The notes below the pieces were generated by a model. That model saw only the letters and a list, made by a program, of their open reading frames with translations, was not told the origin of the DNA and made no database searches. A stretch of DNA of 52,720 bases. Source: an uncultured bacterium. Its GTDB lineage: Bacteria; Fidelibacterota; Marinisomatia; Marinisomatales; UBA1611. The position numbers and the translations under genes are program-made. The stretch spans positions 1-52,720 of the forward strand of contig CBFIBM010000013.1 in assembly GCA_965660855.1 (NCBI GenBank), written 5' to 3'. Shown piece after piece: positions 1-10,285 of this stretch (positions within the stretch are counted from its first letter, which is position 1; every line of letters starts with the position of its first letter).

Positions 1-467
1 TTGCTCAAAAAGACACACTTATCACTAAACAAGGAAAGATTTATTTAGGAAAAATTATTAATAATCATCCTGAATATATTGAATTTCAGCTTGAAAATTG
101 GACTTCTTCCAATAAAATCCAGCGTAATATAATAAAAAAACTAATATCTGCTGATGGAACAGTAATAATTGAAAATAATGGTGAAGCTGTAAAAAATGAA
201 AACCCATTGGTGGGGAAGATTACTGATTTTGACTATTCCAGGTATAAAAATTCCTTTGGTTTATCAAGTATTGGTGGTGCTTTAATTGGATTATCAGGTA
301 TTATTTTATATACAAATAATCAGAGAACTATTGGTGATGATATGACATTAGATGAAATTGAAGATTTCACTGATAAATCAAAATCAAATACAGACTTATT
401 ATACATAATGTTATTAATTGGTGGTCTCTTGATTGCATTCGATAATACAGAGTTACCAAATGATTAA
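1..467 (+). CDS. Hypothetical membrane/exported protein, 5'-truncated by the window edge
   Basis: Frame 3 is open from base 3 (AQKDTLITKQGKIYLGKI...) into the listed 207..467 ORF. There are two hydrophobic segments near the C-terminus. The TAA at 465-467 overlaps the next ATG. Confidence 0.75.
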   Translation, partial: AQKDTLITKQGKIYLGKIINNHPEYIEFQLENWTSSNKIQRNIIKKLISADGTVIIENNGEAVKNENPLVGKITDFDYSRYKNSFGLSSIGGALIGLSGIILYTNNQRTIGDDMTLDEIEDFTDKSKSNTDLLYIMLLIGGLLIAFDNTELPND

Positions 468-954
468 ACACCTACCACTACTACTATTTATTGGGTTGAC
501 TTTTGGAAAAAAATTTGACCTGAGCACAGTCCAAAAGGATAGTAATAAAGTTATTACTATAGAAAAAAGCGTCCCAAATAAACATAACATATCATTTGGG
601 ATGTTTGATGATAGAACTGGATTGAGCCTCATCGGATATACGTATAATATAAAAGAAACTACTAAGGATGAATATTTTATTGGTGTGGGAACAATGCTAT
701 TAGCATTTACTGGTACAGTGGGTTGGAAACATTACTATAGAAAGTCTAAGTTAAGTATTACTTCAGTAGTTTCTGGTCAATATATAGCTCATTTGGGTTT
801 TATGGGATTCATGTCTACTATGTCTTCATCACTGGAATATAATTTGGGGAAATGGGCTAAAATTAAGTTGGGAGGATTTGGTTTAATAGGCTTTGCTGAT
901 GAAGGCATTGATATTGGCGCATTTCCATTCGTAGGCCTGAATTTTAATTTCTAG
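460..954 (+). CDS. Hypothetical exported protein, possibly a small outer-membrane beta-barrel
   Basis: The ATG at 460 gives the signal peptide MIKHLPLLLFIGLTFG and overlaps the upstream stop (ATGATTAA). It has amphipathic strands and a terminal Phe (VGLNFNF). Confidence 0.7.
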   Translation: MIKHLPLLLFIGLTFGKKFDLSTVQKDSNKVITIEKSVPNKHNISFGMFDDRTGLSLIGYTYNIKETTKDEYFIGVGTMLLAFTGTVGWKHYYRKSKLSITSVVSGQYIAHLGFMGFMSTMSSSLEYNLGKWAKIKLGGFGLIGFADEGIDIGAFPFVGLNFNF

Positions 955-1127
955 CGTTTTCTATATCTGCATATTCTTAAGGTTTTTGCTTGTCGTTTTC
1001 AGCGCACTTCACAGTAATTCCTATTTTCAAACATCGAGTTCCACATATAGTAATTCAAAAGAAAGTCAATTTTTTTAACCAAGTTCCTTGCCTCACATAT
1101 TGTATTACTATTTTTGTAGATTAGGGC

Positions 1128-3134
1128 ATGAAAAATTTTATATTAAAACTAACAATAATTTTTTTATTTGTTTCTTGTTTTAATAAATCTTATGAATTAG
1201 AGATCTCTCCACTATTTTCAGATGGCATGGTTCTTCAAAGAAAATCAAACATTAGTATTTGGGGAAAATTTACTCCAAATACTATTATAAAAATAGATAC
1301 CGAATGGGGCGAAAAATTAAAATTAGAGTCCGATACTATTGGTAATTGGATTGGACAGATACCTACTCCAGAAGCAGGAGGTCCTTATACCATGAATGTA
1401 AGCTCTGGCGATGAGAGAATTAATATCAAAGATATATTAATTGGAGAAGTATGGATAGCATCGGGACAATCAAACATGGAGATGACATTTGAGGGCTTTC
1501 CTCCAAATGAATTAATATTAAATTCAAAAAGTGAAATATTGAATGCAAATTATCCAAATATTCGAATGTTCACAGTAAAAAGAAGTATGGCAGTAAGACC
1601 TTCAAATAAGTTAATTGGATCTTGGATTATAACATCTCCCAAAAAAGTAAAAAACTTCTCTGCAACCGCATATTTTTTTGCTAAAGAACTTCATACCAAG
1701 CTAGAGATTCCTATTGGTATTATTCATTCAAGTTGGGGGGGGACTCCTATCGAAGCTTGGACAAGTAAAATAAAATTAAAAGAATTAGAGTTCTTCAATG
1801 AAACTTTAAAAAATATTGATAAGAGTAGTTCCAAAAATATTGTTGATACTTGGTTTAATAAATTTGATTTTATTGAAATCCCTCAGAAAACCTATGAAGA
1901 GGGTGCACTTAAAGATTATTATGAGAACCTTCAATTCTCAGATGATAAACTAAGCGAATTTGAATTAAACGATGATAGTTGGGAAAATGTTATTCTTCCT
2001 GGGAGGTTTGATACATTAAAATTAGATGAATTTGATGGCGCAATTTGGTTGAGAAAAGATATTTACATTGATAGTATTACCTCTGGTTATAATTTAAATA
2101 TTGGCTATATAGATGATATGGATAAAACCTATATCAATGGAAATTATATCGGCGGACTTTCTGGCATGGGGTATTGGAATGAAAAAAGAACATATAAAAT
2201 ACCAAAATCATACTTAAAAAAAGGAAAAAACACTATTGCTATTAGGGCTATTGATACAGGAGGTCCAGGAATCTTAAAAGGAGAAATGAATTTATCAAAT
2301 GATTCTGGGGAAACTATCACAATTAAAGGTTTATGGAAATACCACCCCGTAGCTGAAATTTATAAAAATAAATTCTACATTTACGGACCAAAATCCCAAA
2401 TCAAAAATCGACCAAATTTTATTAAATTGAATCCTTTACTACCAAATGTACTATTTAATGGCATGATTAATCCTTTAATTCCCTTTACGATAAAAGGAGC
2501 GATATGGTATCAGGGTGAAGAAAATGTTGGTAGACATAATCAGTATTCTAGTTTATTTCCTGGAATGATCGAAGATTGGAGAAGTAGGTGGAATAATGAA
2601 TTTCCATTTTACTATGTTCAAATTGCACCTTTCAGATATACAAAAGATCCTAAGAATAATGTATCACAAAAATTAAGAGAGGCTCAAAGAACAACATTAA
2701 AGGTGTCTAAAACAGGCATGGTAGTAACTTTGGATATAGGAGACTTTAATAACATACATCCTTCAAATAAGCAGGACGTAGGAAAAAGGCTTGGTAGGCT
2801 AGCTCTAGTTAATGATTATAATTTCAATTTAAACCCACTAGGACCAATTTTAATTGGTGGTGAGGTTGTAAAAAATTCTTTAAAGTTAAGTTTTAAGCAT
2901 GTTGGATCAGGATTAATTAATCTAAATCATGAAATTAGTCAGTTTGAAATTTCCGACTCAACTATGAATTATACTGAGGCGAATGTCTTAGTTGATAGTT
3001 CTGCTTTATTTTTATCATCTCGGTATGTGAAGGAACCTTTATACGTTAGATACGCCTGGTCTGACACTCCAAAAGCTACACTTTTTAATAGTGATGGGTT
3101 TCCAGCTTCATCTTTTGAATTGAAAATTAAATAA
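1128..3134 (+). CDS. Sialate O-acetylesterase (SGNH/SASA family) lipoprotein with an inserted galactose-binding-like domain
   Basis: Motifs GEVWIASGQSNM, FSATAYFFA, WGGTPIEAW, IKGAIWYQGE, PFYYVQ and NIHP. Lipobox FVSC. Confidence 0.9.
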   Translation: MKNFILKLTIIFLFVSCFNKSYELEISPLFSDGMVLQRKSNISIWGKFTPNTIIKIDTEWGEKLKLESDTIGNWIGQIPTPEAGGPYTMNVSSGDERINIKDILIGEVWIASGQSNMEMTFEGFPPNELILNSKSEILNANYPNIRMFTVKRSMAVRPSNKLIGSWIITSPKKVKNFSATAYFFAKELHTKLEIPIGIIHSSWGGTPIEAWTSKIKLKELEFFNETLKNIDKSSSKNIVDTWFNKFDFIEIPQKTYEEGALKDYYENLQFSDDKLSEFELNDDSWENVILPGRFDTLKLDEFDGAIWLRKDIYIDSITSGYNLNIGYIDDMDKTYINGNYIGGLSGMGYWNEKRTYKIPKSYLKKGKNTIAIRAIDTGGPGILKGEMNLSNDSGETITIKGLWKYHPVAEIYKNKFYIYGPKSQIKNRPNFIKLNPLLPNVLFNGMINPLIPFTIKGAIWYQGEENVGRHNQYSSLFPGMIEDWRSRWNNEFPFYYVQIAPFRYTKDPKNNVSQKLREAQRTTLKVSKTGMVVTLDIGDFNNIHPSNKQDVGKRLGRLALVNDYNFNLNPLGPILIGGEVVKNSLKLSFKHVGSGLINLNHEISQFEISDSTMNYTEANVLVDSSALFLSSRYVKEPLYVRYAWSDTPKATLFNSDGFPASSFELKIK

Positions 3135-3304
3135 TTTATTGTATTCTTTGTATGAATTATTGGAAGGCCTTGGATCTTTTATTTAAAAACCAAGTTTTAA
3201 GATATCATTTTCATTGGGATTCTCTTGTAATTAAAACAAATATCAAATAAATATATCATATTTTTATTTTTTGTAAATTTGAATACTTAAAATAAGTATC
3301 TAAA

Positions 3305-4807
3305 ATGAAAAAAATATCCAACTTTCGATTAATTCTTACAATAGTTACATTATTAAATGCAGAACCATCTATTGAATGGTTTGTGAATTATGGTGGCTCA
3401 GGCGAAGAATCAACTGGACATTATATCATAGAATGTGAAGATGGTGGATTTTTACAGGTTGGTGAGACCTACTTTTTTAATAATCCAGTCTCCACAAAAC
3501 TATATGTTGTTAAAACAAATAGTAATGGATCTAAACTATGGGATAATGAAATTTATATAGGTGGACATAATCTTGGGAATAGTGTTCTGGAAACCAATAA
3601 TGGATTTTTAATATTTGGAGCTCTTGATCAAAATAGTTCGATTATAAAATTAAATAAAGATGATGGTACCATTATTTTCAATAAGAGCTTTGATAATGGT
3701 GGATGCGATGCGTTCGAGAATGGAGTAGAGACATCAAATGGAATAGTGGCAGTCGGTTACATTAATTCTCAGGATCCATTTAATAGCTTTTATGCAGAAG
3801 GTGAAGGATTTATATCTTTTTTAGATAATGAAGCTAATGAGATTACAAGCTTTTCAATTGGTGACTATATTAGTCATGCTTATCGCATAATCTTATTTGA
3901 GAATGAGCTATATATTTCTGGGCTTACAGATGAAGCATTAAATTATAAAATGATAAAAATGTCTTTAACTGGTGAAATTATATGGCATTATGAGTATGGT
4001 GGTTCTGGAGACGACCATTGCTTTGCTATGGATATGAATGAAGAAGGTGAGATTTTTTTAGCTGGACATACAAGATCAGATACAGATAATTGGGATGTAT
4101 ATACTATAAAATTGAATAACAACGGCGAAATCCTATGGGAGAATAAAACGGGAAATCCCAGAGGATTTAATCCATTATATATTCATGATGAGGCCTGGGG
4201 TGTTAAGTCTACATTTGATGGTGGTTGTGTAACGGTTGCAGGTACTGGAGACGAGTATGGTAATTACTCAGAATGCATTGATGATGTGTGCTCGGATATT
4301 TGGAATGCATATATTATTAAATATAGTTCAGATGGTTTGATAATATGGGAGGAAATATTTTCACCACTTGATATTGGGGATGAGAATTATGATTGGGCAG
4401 CAGAGGATATTGATCTCACTTCAGATGGAGGGGCTATTATCGCTATAGATAATGGTCAATTTGGATTTTTAAAATTGAATAATATTCAAAATACCTTATC
4501 GATTCAAGAAAGTAGTAGATTATTACCATTGCAGCCCTCCCTAAGTCAAAATTACCCCAATCCATTCAACCCCTATACAGAAATAAAATATGAATTACAT
4601 AGAAGTTCATATGTCGATTTAAGGGTTTATGATATGCTTGGAAATGTTGTAAATAACCTTGTGAATAAAAATCAATACTTTGGTATTAAATCAGTGCAAT
4701 GGGACGCCACAAATAATCAAGGTGAAAAAGTATCATCAGGAGTTTATCTATACAAAATTCAGGCAGGTAAATTTAGTCAAACAAGGAAAATGATTTTAAT
4801 AAAGTAA
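3305..4807 (+). CDS. Secreted beta-propeller-like repeat protein with a T9SS-like (FlgD-Ig) C-terminal sorting domain
   Basis: Signal peptide; repeats of the W...YGGSG.D/E and K...G...W type; C-terminal LSQNYPNPFNP...SSGVYLYKI...RKMILIK. Confidence 0.8.
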   Translation: MKKISNFRLILTIVTLLNAEPSIEWFVNYGGSGEESTGHYIIECEDGGFLQVGETYFFNNPVSTKLYVVKTNSNGSKLWDNEIYIGGHNLGNSVLETNNGFLIFGALDQNSSIIKLNKDDGTIIFNKSFDNGGCDAFENGVETSNGIVAVGYINSQDPFNSFYAEGEGFISFLDNEANEITSFSIGDYISHAYRIILFENELYISGLTDEALNYKMIKMSLTGEIIWHYEYGGSGDDHCFAMDMNEEGEIFLAGHTRSDTDNWDVYTIKLNNNGEILWENKTGNPRGFNPLYIHDEAWGVKSTFDGGCVTVAGTGDEYGNYSECIDDVCSDIWNAYIIKYSSDGLIIWEEIFSPLDIGDENYDWAAEDIDLTSDGGAIIAIDNGQFGFLKLNNIQNTLSIQESSRLLPLQPSLSQNYPNPFNPYTEIKYELHRSSYVDLRVYDMLGNVVNNLVNKNQYFGIKSVQWDATNNQGEKVSSGVYLYKIQAGKFSQTRKMILIK

Positions 4808-4952
4808 AAAAGTCTTTTTTATACTTATTTAATTTTATTTTGAAATATCATATATAAAATATATAGAAAAATAAGTATCAAATTTTTCTATGTTAGTGGT
4901 TAATATTTTTTGATGTAATAATTAAATTTAAAAATAAAATGGGGGCTGTAAA

Positions 4953-5267
4953 ATGAAAGTAGAATATAAAAGTATGTTTATTGGTGTTGCCTTGGGAGCT
5001 GTTGGTGTTTTTTCTATATTATTTCTTTTGGGTGATATCCATAATGAAATATCTTTTTCAGCAGTAGATGTAAACCAAGAAAAAAATATTGAAGTAAGTA
5101 TTGAACGAACTATTGAAAATGGTGAAGATTATACAAATGTTGTTATAAAAGGCGAAGGTGATTTTACCAAAAAAGAACTAGAAGAGGAGCTAAACAGGAT
5201 GCTTGAAAAACAAGGTATAGACAAACAGAAAACAAAATTGAACATTGAAATAGAAATACAAAGTTAA
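4953..5267 (+). CDS. Small hypothetical membrane-anchored protein
   Basis: 104-aa ORF with one N-terminal hydrophobic segment and a G-rich putative RBS upstream. Confidence 0.65.
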   Translation: MKVEYKSMFIGVALGAVGVFSILFLLGDIHNEISFSAVDVNQEKNIEVSIERTIENGEDYTNVVIKGEGDFTKKELEEELNRMLEKQGIDKQKTKLNIEIEIQS

Positions 5268-5482
5268 TTTGAAGAAATTCTCTCCTTATTCATACCCATA
5301 TTTTTGCTGATTTTTATTTGTTGATCAAAATGCAGAGGCAATACATCATCCTAAAATATTTTTCACATTAACATAGGGTAATTAATCACTATATAATTTT
5401 TACAATATATTATTATTGTAAAAGTCAGAGTAACCTTCACAATGGACAAGACAAAAATGGCATCTTTAATGATGGCAAAAAA

Positions 5483-6703
5483 ATGGCTTTTATTATTTTA
5501 TTTATTATTCTTGGAAATTCCAGCAATGCTCAATCAACAAACAAGATAGTTTATGAAAAGAAATTTCATCAGAATATTTTAGCAGAAAATCTTAATACAG
5601 GATTTTACTTATTTAATTATTTAGATTCACTATTCATACCAAAAACAATTCCCCTTACCCAAAATAAATTTGGCAATATCATAAATCCTATTTTCCGATT
5701 AGGTAAATTATTTTTTACAAATTATTTAATAACTGATTATGTCCTTACAATGAATCATGAGCTTGGTCATGGCTATAGAATGATAGAAGCTGGTGGTACA
5801 ATTGAAAAAATTGTCTATAATATGCCACCGCCATTTACAAATGAATTCTCATATATAAATTTAAATTGGCCAACAAATTTTACACAACAGCAGGGGTTAA
5901 TGATAAATCTAGGTGGTTCTGAAAGTAACCTGGTATTCTCAGATATTATGCGAAAAAATATTTTACTAGATAATAAGTTCAAGTATAACTATGGTTTTTC
6001 TTATTTATATAGTAGCAACGATATGCCTGGATATACTGCATTTGTTACACAACCAGCCTCAGACCCTAATAATTATAGAAGAAGTTTAAATACTCTATAT
6101 GGTGGTGGGAAAAGTGTATTAACTCGAACAAAGATAAGAAATTATTCTTATTTAGCGCTTTTCACTGATCTTATGAATTTTTATGCTTTAAAATCTGTTT
6201 TTTATGATTATCTAATAAAAGGAGAAAATAGTTCTAAAGTAGATATGATAAACCTTAATAGTAGGCTTAAGTATTTGCCAAGATTCAGGTTTGAGTACAC
6301 TCCATATGGCCCAGAATTAGTATATCAGAATTACTTTAAATTCGACTCTACACTCTTGCAGGTTAGTTTTAGCCACTCAGATTCTAATTTACCAGACTCT
6401 TGGAGAATTGCTGCAAACATTTGGGATATAAAATCTATGAATAAACTATCCTTTAATTTTTTAGCTCAAATTTGGCATCAACCAGAAATTCAATTTTATC
6501 ATAATGATAAATTAAAATTTGTAGATGGTTTAGGAGGAAAATTAATAACTACTATAAAATATGAAATGGTTAAGAATAAACATCTTTATGGGCTGACACT
6601 TCAGATAGGTTATAAAACAAATGGTTATACAGTCGGTGAAAAATTATTAAAAGGCATGATAATGAGAGGGGGATTATTTTTTGAGTTTCATGATGATAAT
6701 TAG
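5483..6703 (+). CDS. Hypothetical exported protein with an HExxH motif and a beta-strand-rich C-terminal region
   Basis: Signal-like N-terminus (SNA-Q cleavage), NHELGHG motif, amphipathic strands in the C-terminal half. Confidence 0.65.
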   Translation: MAFIILFIILGNSSNAQSTNKIVYEKKFHQNILAENLNTGFYLFNYLDSLFIPKTIPLTQNKFGNIINPIFRLGKLFFTNYLITDYVLTMNHELGHGYRMIEAGGTIEKIVYNMPPPFTNEFSYINLNWPTNFTQQQGLMINLGGSESNLVFSDIMRKNILLDNKFKYNYGFSYLYSSNDMPGYTAFVTQPASDPNNYRRSLNTLYGGGKSVLTRTKIRNYSYLALFTDLMNFYALKSVFYDYLIKGENSSKVDMINLNSRLKYLPRFRFEYTPYGPELVYQNYFKFDSTLLQVSFSHSDSNLPDSWRIAANIWDIKSMNKLSFNFLAQIWHQPEIQFYHNDKLKFVDGLGGKLITTIKYEMVKNKHLYGLTLQIGYKTNGYTVGEKLLKGMIMRGGLFFEFHDDN

Positions 6704-6964
6704 AATTAATATCTTAGGAATTCGATTCTAATGATAGGCAGCTTATTCCTAAAAGGAGAGAATCATATTTTAATTCTTATTATTTTATGAATTAGTTAAA
6801 AATATTTTTGGGTTTTTAAAAAAAATAATTCAATCAAATTAATACGATTTATTTTAACAAAGGAATGATGTGGAGTATTGAATTTTTTAAATATGAGTAT
6901 TAAAGGAGTAGTCTAAATAATATAAAATATTAATAAAATTTACAAAAAAATAGGAGTTCACTAG

Positions 6965-9900
6965 ATGATATTTAATTTTAAAAAAATCTTTTTTTTATTA
7001 ATTTATATTTCCTGCTTAAAATTATCTGCAAATCAATTAGATACAAATCAAAATTTTTGGCAAAATCTTTCTTTTGAGGAAGAATTTTTATATGCTGATC
7101 TTAATAGAGACCATTTAGCTTTATATCTAGGTTTAGCACCAAATATTAATTCGCGTGTGACTTCTGACATTATTCTAAAAATTCCAACACAAAATGGTTA
7201 TATGGATGATTTTCGATTTTTTGAGACAAATGTATTGCCAATTGCGTTAAAAGAAAAATATCCTGACATCAAGAGTTATATGGGAGTTGGAGTAAAAAAT
7301 CCATCCCATCGATCAAGTATTGTTTTATTTAATGGCGGTCTTTTTGGTTTAGTGATTAACAAAGATGGAAATTCATATATTAAAGTTGATGAAAATCAAA
7401 GGACAATTATATCTGGAGATTTACAATCATTTGAAGGTCCATCGGATGATTACTGTGAAATCAATATGCAAAATACAGCATTGCGTGATCTTAATGATGA
7501 TATCTTTTGGAATTGTGTTGGTGCTGATGATCCATGTTACCCTGTTGGATCTACACTCACCACATACAGATTTGCTGGTATTATGTCTGAGCGTGCTACT
7601 AATGAAGTTTCTGATGGCACTGTTGAGGGAGGTCTCGCATGGATGGTTTCAATGATTAATCAAATAAATTTATTATGGGTACGGGAATTAGGTTTTAAGC
7701 TTGAAATGGTTGAAGAAAGTGATCAACTTATTTTTACAGATGATAATCCTGCTCCAACAGTTTTTCAGCAGGATCCATCATGTCATTCGTCAGGAGATCC
7801 TAAATACTGCGAACTTGGTGAAGTTAAACCCTATCTAGAATCTGTTATTGGTCCAGGAGGTGATAATTCCCCATTAAGTGATAGAAAATGGGAATATGGT
7901 GCTCATTTTGACACACGCTATAATGGAGGGGTCGCATATATGCCAGGATCTACTTCAACAAACAATCCTAATTATGAGGTATTTAATCATGAACTTGGGC
8001 ATAACTTAGGATCGCCTCACAATATTTCAATAGAAACTGGTTGGAGATGTACTATAGGAGGAACTATTATGGGTTCAAGAGTTCGAACTCTTAATGGATT
8101 TAGCGGTGATCAATATTCTTCTCATTCTATTGAACTTGCGATGAATTATAGAAATGATCCAATGATTTACCAAAATATCGGAATATGGGGTGCTGATTAT
8201 GTTACTGGATCAAATTTTGAAGAAACAGGGAACGTTATTCCTGAAGTAATTGTTCCAAGCGGGGGGTTTATAATTCCAAAAGAAACACCTTTCGTTCTAG
8301 AGGGATCGAGTTCGCCTTTCTATTCTGAGTATACATTTAGCTGGGAACAAAATGATGCATCCGATGAAAGTTTTTCTATGAACCCACTAGATAACGATTT
8401 ACCATTCTTTTTGCCTAATAAAGGACCTTTATTTTCCACAGTTGATCCAACTCCACGGGGCTTTAAAAGGTATTTCCCTTCACTCGAATCATTAGTGAAC
8501 AATGTCTACGATACTGAAATAAACGACTACGGTACTATGTTAACAGTAGAAAAGCTTCCTTTTGCATCAAGAGAGATCAATATGAGATTGATTGTACGAA
8601 CAAATGATCCTTATGCAGGATCAGTAAACCATAAAAATTTACAATTTTATGTATCTGGAACGGCAGGTCCTTTTCGAGTTACCTCGCAATTAGATTCTAC
8701 TATATGGGAAGTTGGATCTGAACAAACTGTGACTTGGGATGTTGCAAATACGAATGATCCAGATAGTGTAAATTGCCAATCCCTAGATCTTTTTCTTTCT
8801 CTTAATAATGGAGAGAGCTTTGACTTCATCTTAGCTGAAAATATACCCAATAATGGTTCTTACGCTTTTACAATACCATCAATACCACCTTCTATGTCAG
8901 GAAGATTAATGCTTAAAGCATCAGAAAATGTATTTTTTGATATTAATAATGGTACTATCACCATTCAAAATAATAATGTTCCCTCACTTTCTTTATCAGA
9001 ATCTCTAATAAATATTGAATTAGGAAATGATTTAAATGAAACATACACTGTGGAGGTTACGAATGATGGGGAGGAAGGTTCTGTTGCTAGTTTTATAACC
9101 TATACTGGACAAGAAAATATGAGCAATGAATCATTTTCTGATGGTATTTTTCCTTCCGGATGGTCTGCTACAACAAATGCCGAATGCGATAACCCGGGCT
9201 GGTTTATTACTGAAGATGCTTCAAGCTCTTATTTTACTATACCTTCTAATGATGGATATTACATTGCCACAAACGATGATGCTTGTGGAGGTAGCAGTGA
9301 TGGAAGCAATGATATATTTTATACTAATGAAATCAGTATACCTGAAGGGATGATAGAATTATCTTTTCTGAGGTTTTTTACAGCAGGATTTAGTCAAACT
9401 TTTCATGTTTATGTCTCAGTTGATAATTGGGAAAGCTATGATGAGATTCTCAATCTTGATTACTCTGATGGTAATACTGAATGGGTAAAAGAGAGCTTAG
9501 ACCTCAATCAGTACTCTGGTGGCTCCATTGCAATAGCTTTTCATTCGAATGATAATGGTAATTGGGCTTCAGGAGTTGCACTAGATAATATTAAAATTGG
9601 AGTGACTCCCCTTTGGATTTCTTCCTCGTCTTCTGGAATTATACAATATCAAGCAATAGAAACCTTTGACTTTTCAGTATCTACTCAAGATCTAATTGAT
9701 GGTCAATATAGTGCTGATATAATTATTGAAGATGTTTACCAATCCTTATCGGATACTCTAGAAGTCAACTTAACTGTGAATGGATCTTTGAGATTAGACC
9801 AGGATTTAATTCCTAATGAATTTATTTTATACAATAATTATCCTAATCCATTTAACCCATCCACTGAAATTAAATTTTCTCTTCCAAGTACTGAGAAAGT

Positions 9901-10093
9901 GAATCTAAAAGTTTACGATTTATTAGGGAATTTGGTAAAAGAGATGGTTAATGAGAAATTGAATCCAGGACAATATAATTATCAATGGACAGGTACTAAT
10001 CAATACGGTAATGGAGTAAGTGCAGGTATGTATTTTTATAGAATCCAGGCTGGAAAATACAACTCTACAAAAAAAATGTTATTACTTAAATAG
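6965..10093 (+). CDS. Reprolysin-like (M12B) zinc metalloprotease with a cleaved-adhesin-like domain and a T9SS-like CTD
   Basis: HELGHNLGSPH zinc motif with Met-turn TIMG; IPKETPFVLEG/YTFSWEQ and GPFRVTS segments typical of this family; NNYPNPFNP tail; RBS AGGAG. Confidence 0.88.
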   Translation: MIFNFKKIFFLLIYISCLKLSANQLDTNQNFWQNLSFEEEFLYADLNRDHLALYLGLAPNINSRVTSDIILKIPTQNGYMDDFRFFETNVLPIALKEKYPDIKSYMGVGVKNPSHRSSIVLFNGGLFGLVINKDGNSYIKVDENQRTIISGDLQSFEGPSDDYCEINMQNTALRDLNDDIFWNCVGADDPCYPVGSTLTTYRFAGIMSERATNEVSDGTVEGGLAWMVSMINQINLLWVRELGFKLEMVEESDQLIFTDDNPAPTVFQQDPSCHSSGDPKYCELGEVKPYLESVIGPGGDNSPLSDRKWEYGAHFDTRYNGGVAYMPGSTSTNNPNYEVFNHELGHNLGSPHNISIETGWRCTIGGTIMGSRVRTLNGFSGDQYSSHSIELAMNYRNDPMIYQNIGIWGADYVTGSNFEETGNVIPEVIVPSGGFIIPKETPFVLEGSSSPFYSEYTFSWEQNDASDESFSMNPLDNDLPFFLPNKGPLFSTVDPTPRGFKRYFPSLESLVNNVYDTEINDYGTMLTVEKLPFASREINMRLIVRTNDPYAGSVNHKNLQFYVSGTAGPFRVTSQLDSTIWEVGSEQTVTWDVANTNDPDSVNCQSLDLFLSLNNGESFDFILAENIPNNGSYAFTIPSIPPSMSGRLMLKASENVFFDINNGTITIQNNNVPSLSLSESLINIELGNDLNETYTVEVTNDGEEGSVASFITYTGQENMSNESFSDGIFPSGWSATTNAECDNPGWFITEDASSSYFTIPSNDGYYIATNDDACGGSSDGSNDIFYTNEISIPEGMIELSFLRFFTAGFSQTFHVYVSVDNWESYDEILNLDYSDGNTEWVKESLDLNQYSGGSIAIAFHSNDNGNWASGVALDNIKIGVTPLWISSSSSGIIQYQAIETFDFSVSTQDLIDGQYSADIIIEDVYQSLSDTLEVNLTVNGSLRLDQDLIPNEFILYNNYPNPFNPSTEIKFSLPSTEKVNLKVYDLLGNLVKEMVNEKLNPGQYNYQWTGTNQYGNGVSAGMYFYRIQAGKYNSTKKMLLLK

Positions 10094-10107
10094 ACTTAGC
10101 ATGAAGT

Positions 10108-10140
10108 AAAAAAAGCCCCTAATACTAGGGGGCTTTTTTT
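10108..10140. terminator. Intrinsic (probably bidirectional) terminator
   Basis: AAAAAAAGCCCCTA-ATAC-TAGGGGGCTTTTTTT: a GC stem with one bulge, flanked by A7 and T7 tracts, 15 nt after the protease stop. Confidence 0.85.
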
Positions 10141-10285
10141 AATTGATTTTTTATATTTTATTAAGAATTGGATCCTTTTATACTGTTGATGTGAACACTA
10201 ATGCATTAAAATTTTTAATTTAAAGAAAATTTTGTTATTTTTGTAGAAATGATGCTCATTTCTACGTAAAATAAAGTCTAATACT

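Noticed and set aside
4801..4826. A/T hairpin after the 3305 gene
   Set aside because: No GC stem; plausible by chance in very AT-rich DNA.
6714..6752. 8-bp inverted repeat TTAGGAAT...ATTCCTAA as a possible ncRNA or terminator
   Set aside because: Long loop, AT-rich stem, no U-tract and no recognisable RNA family features.
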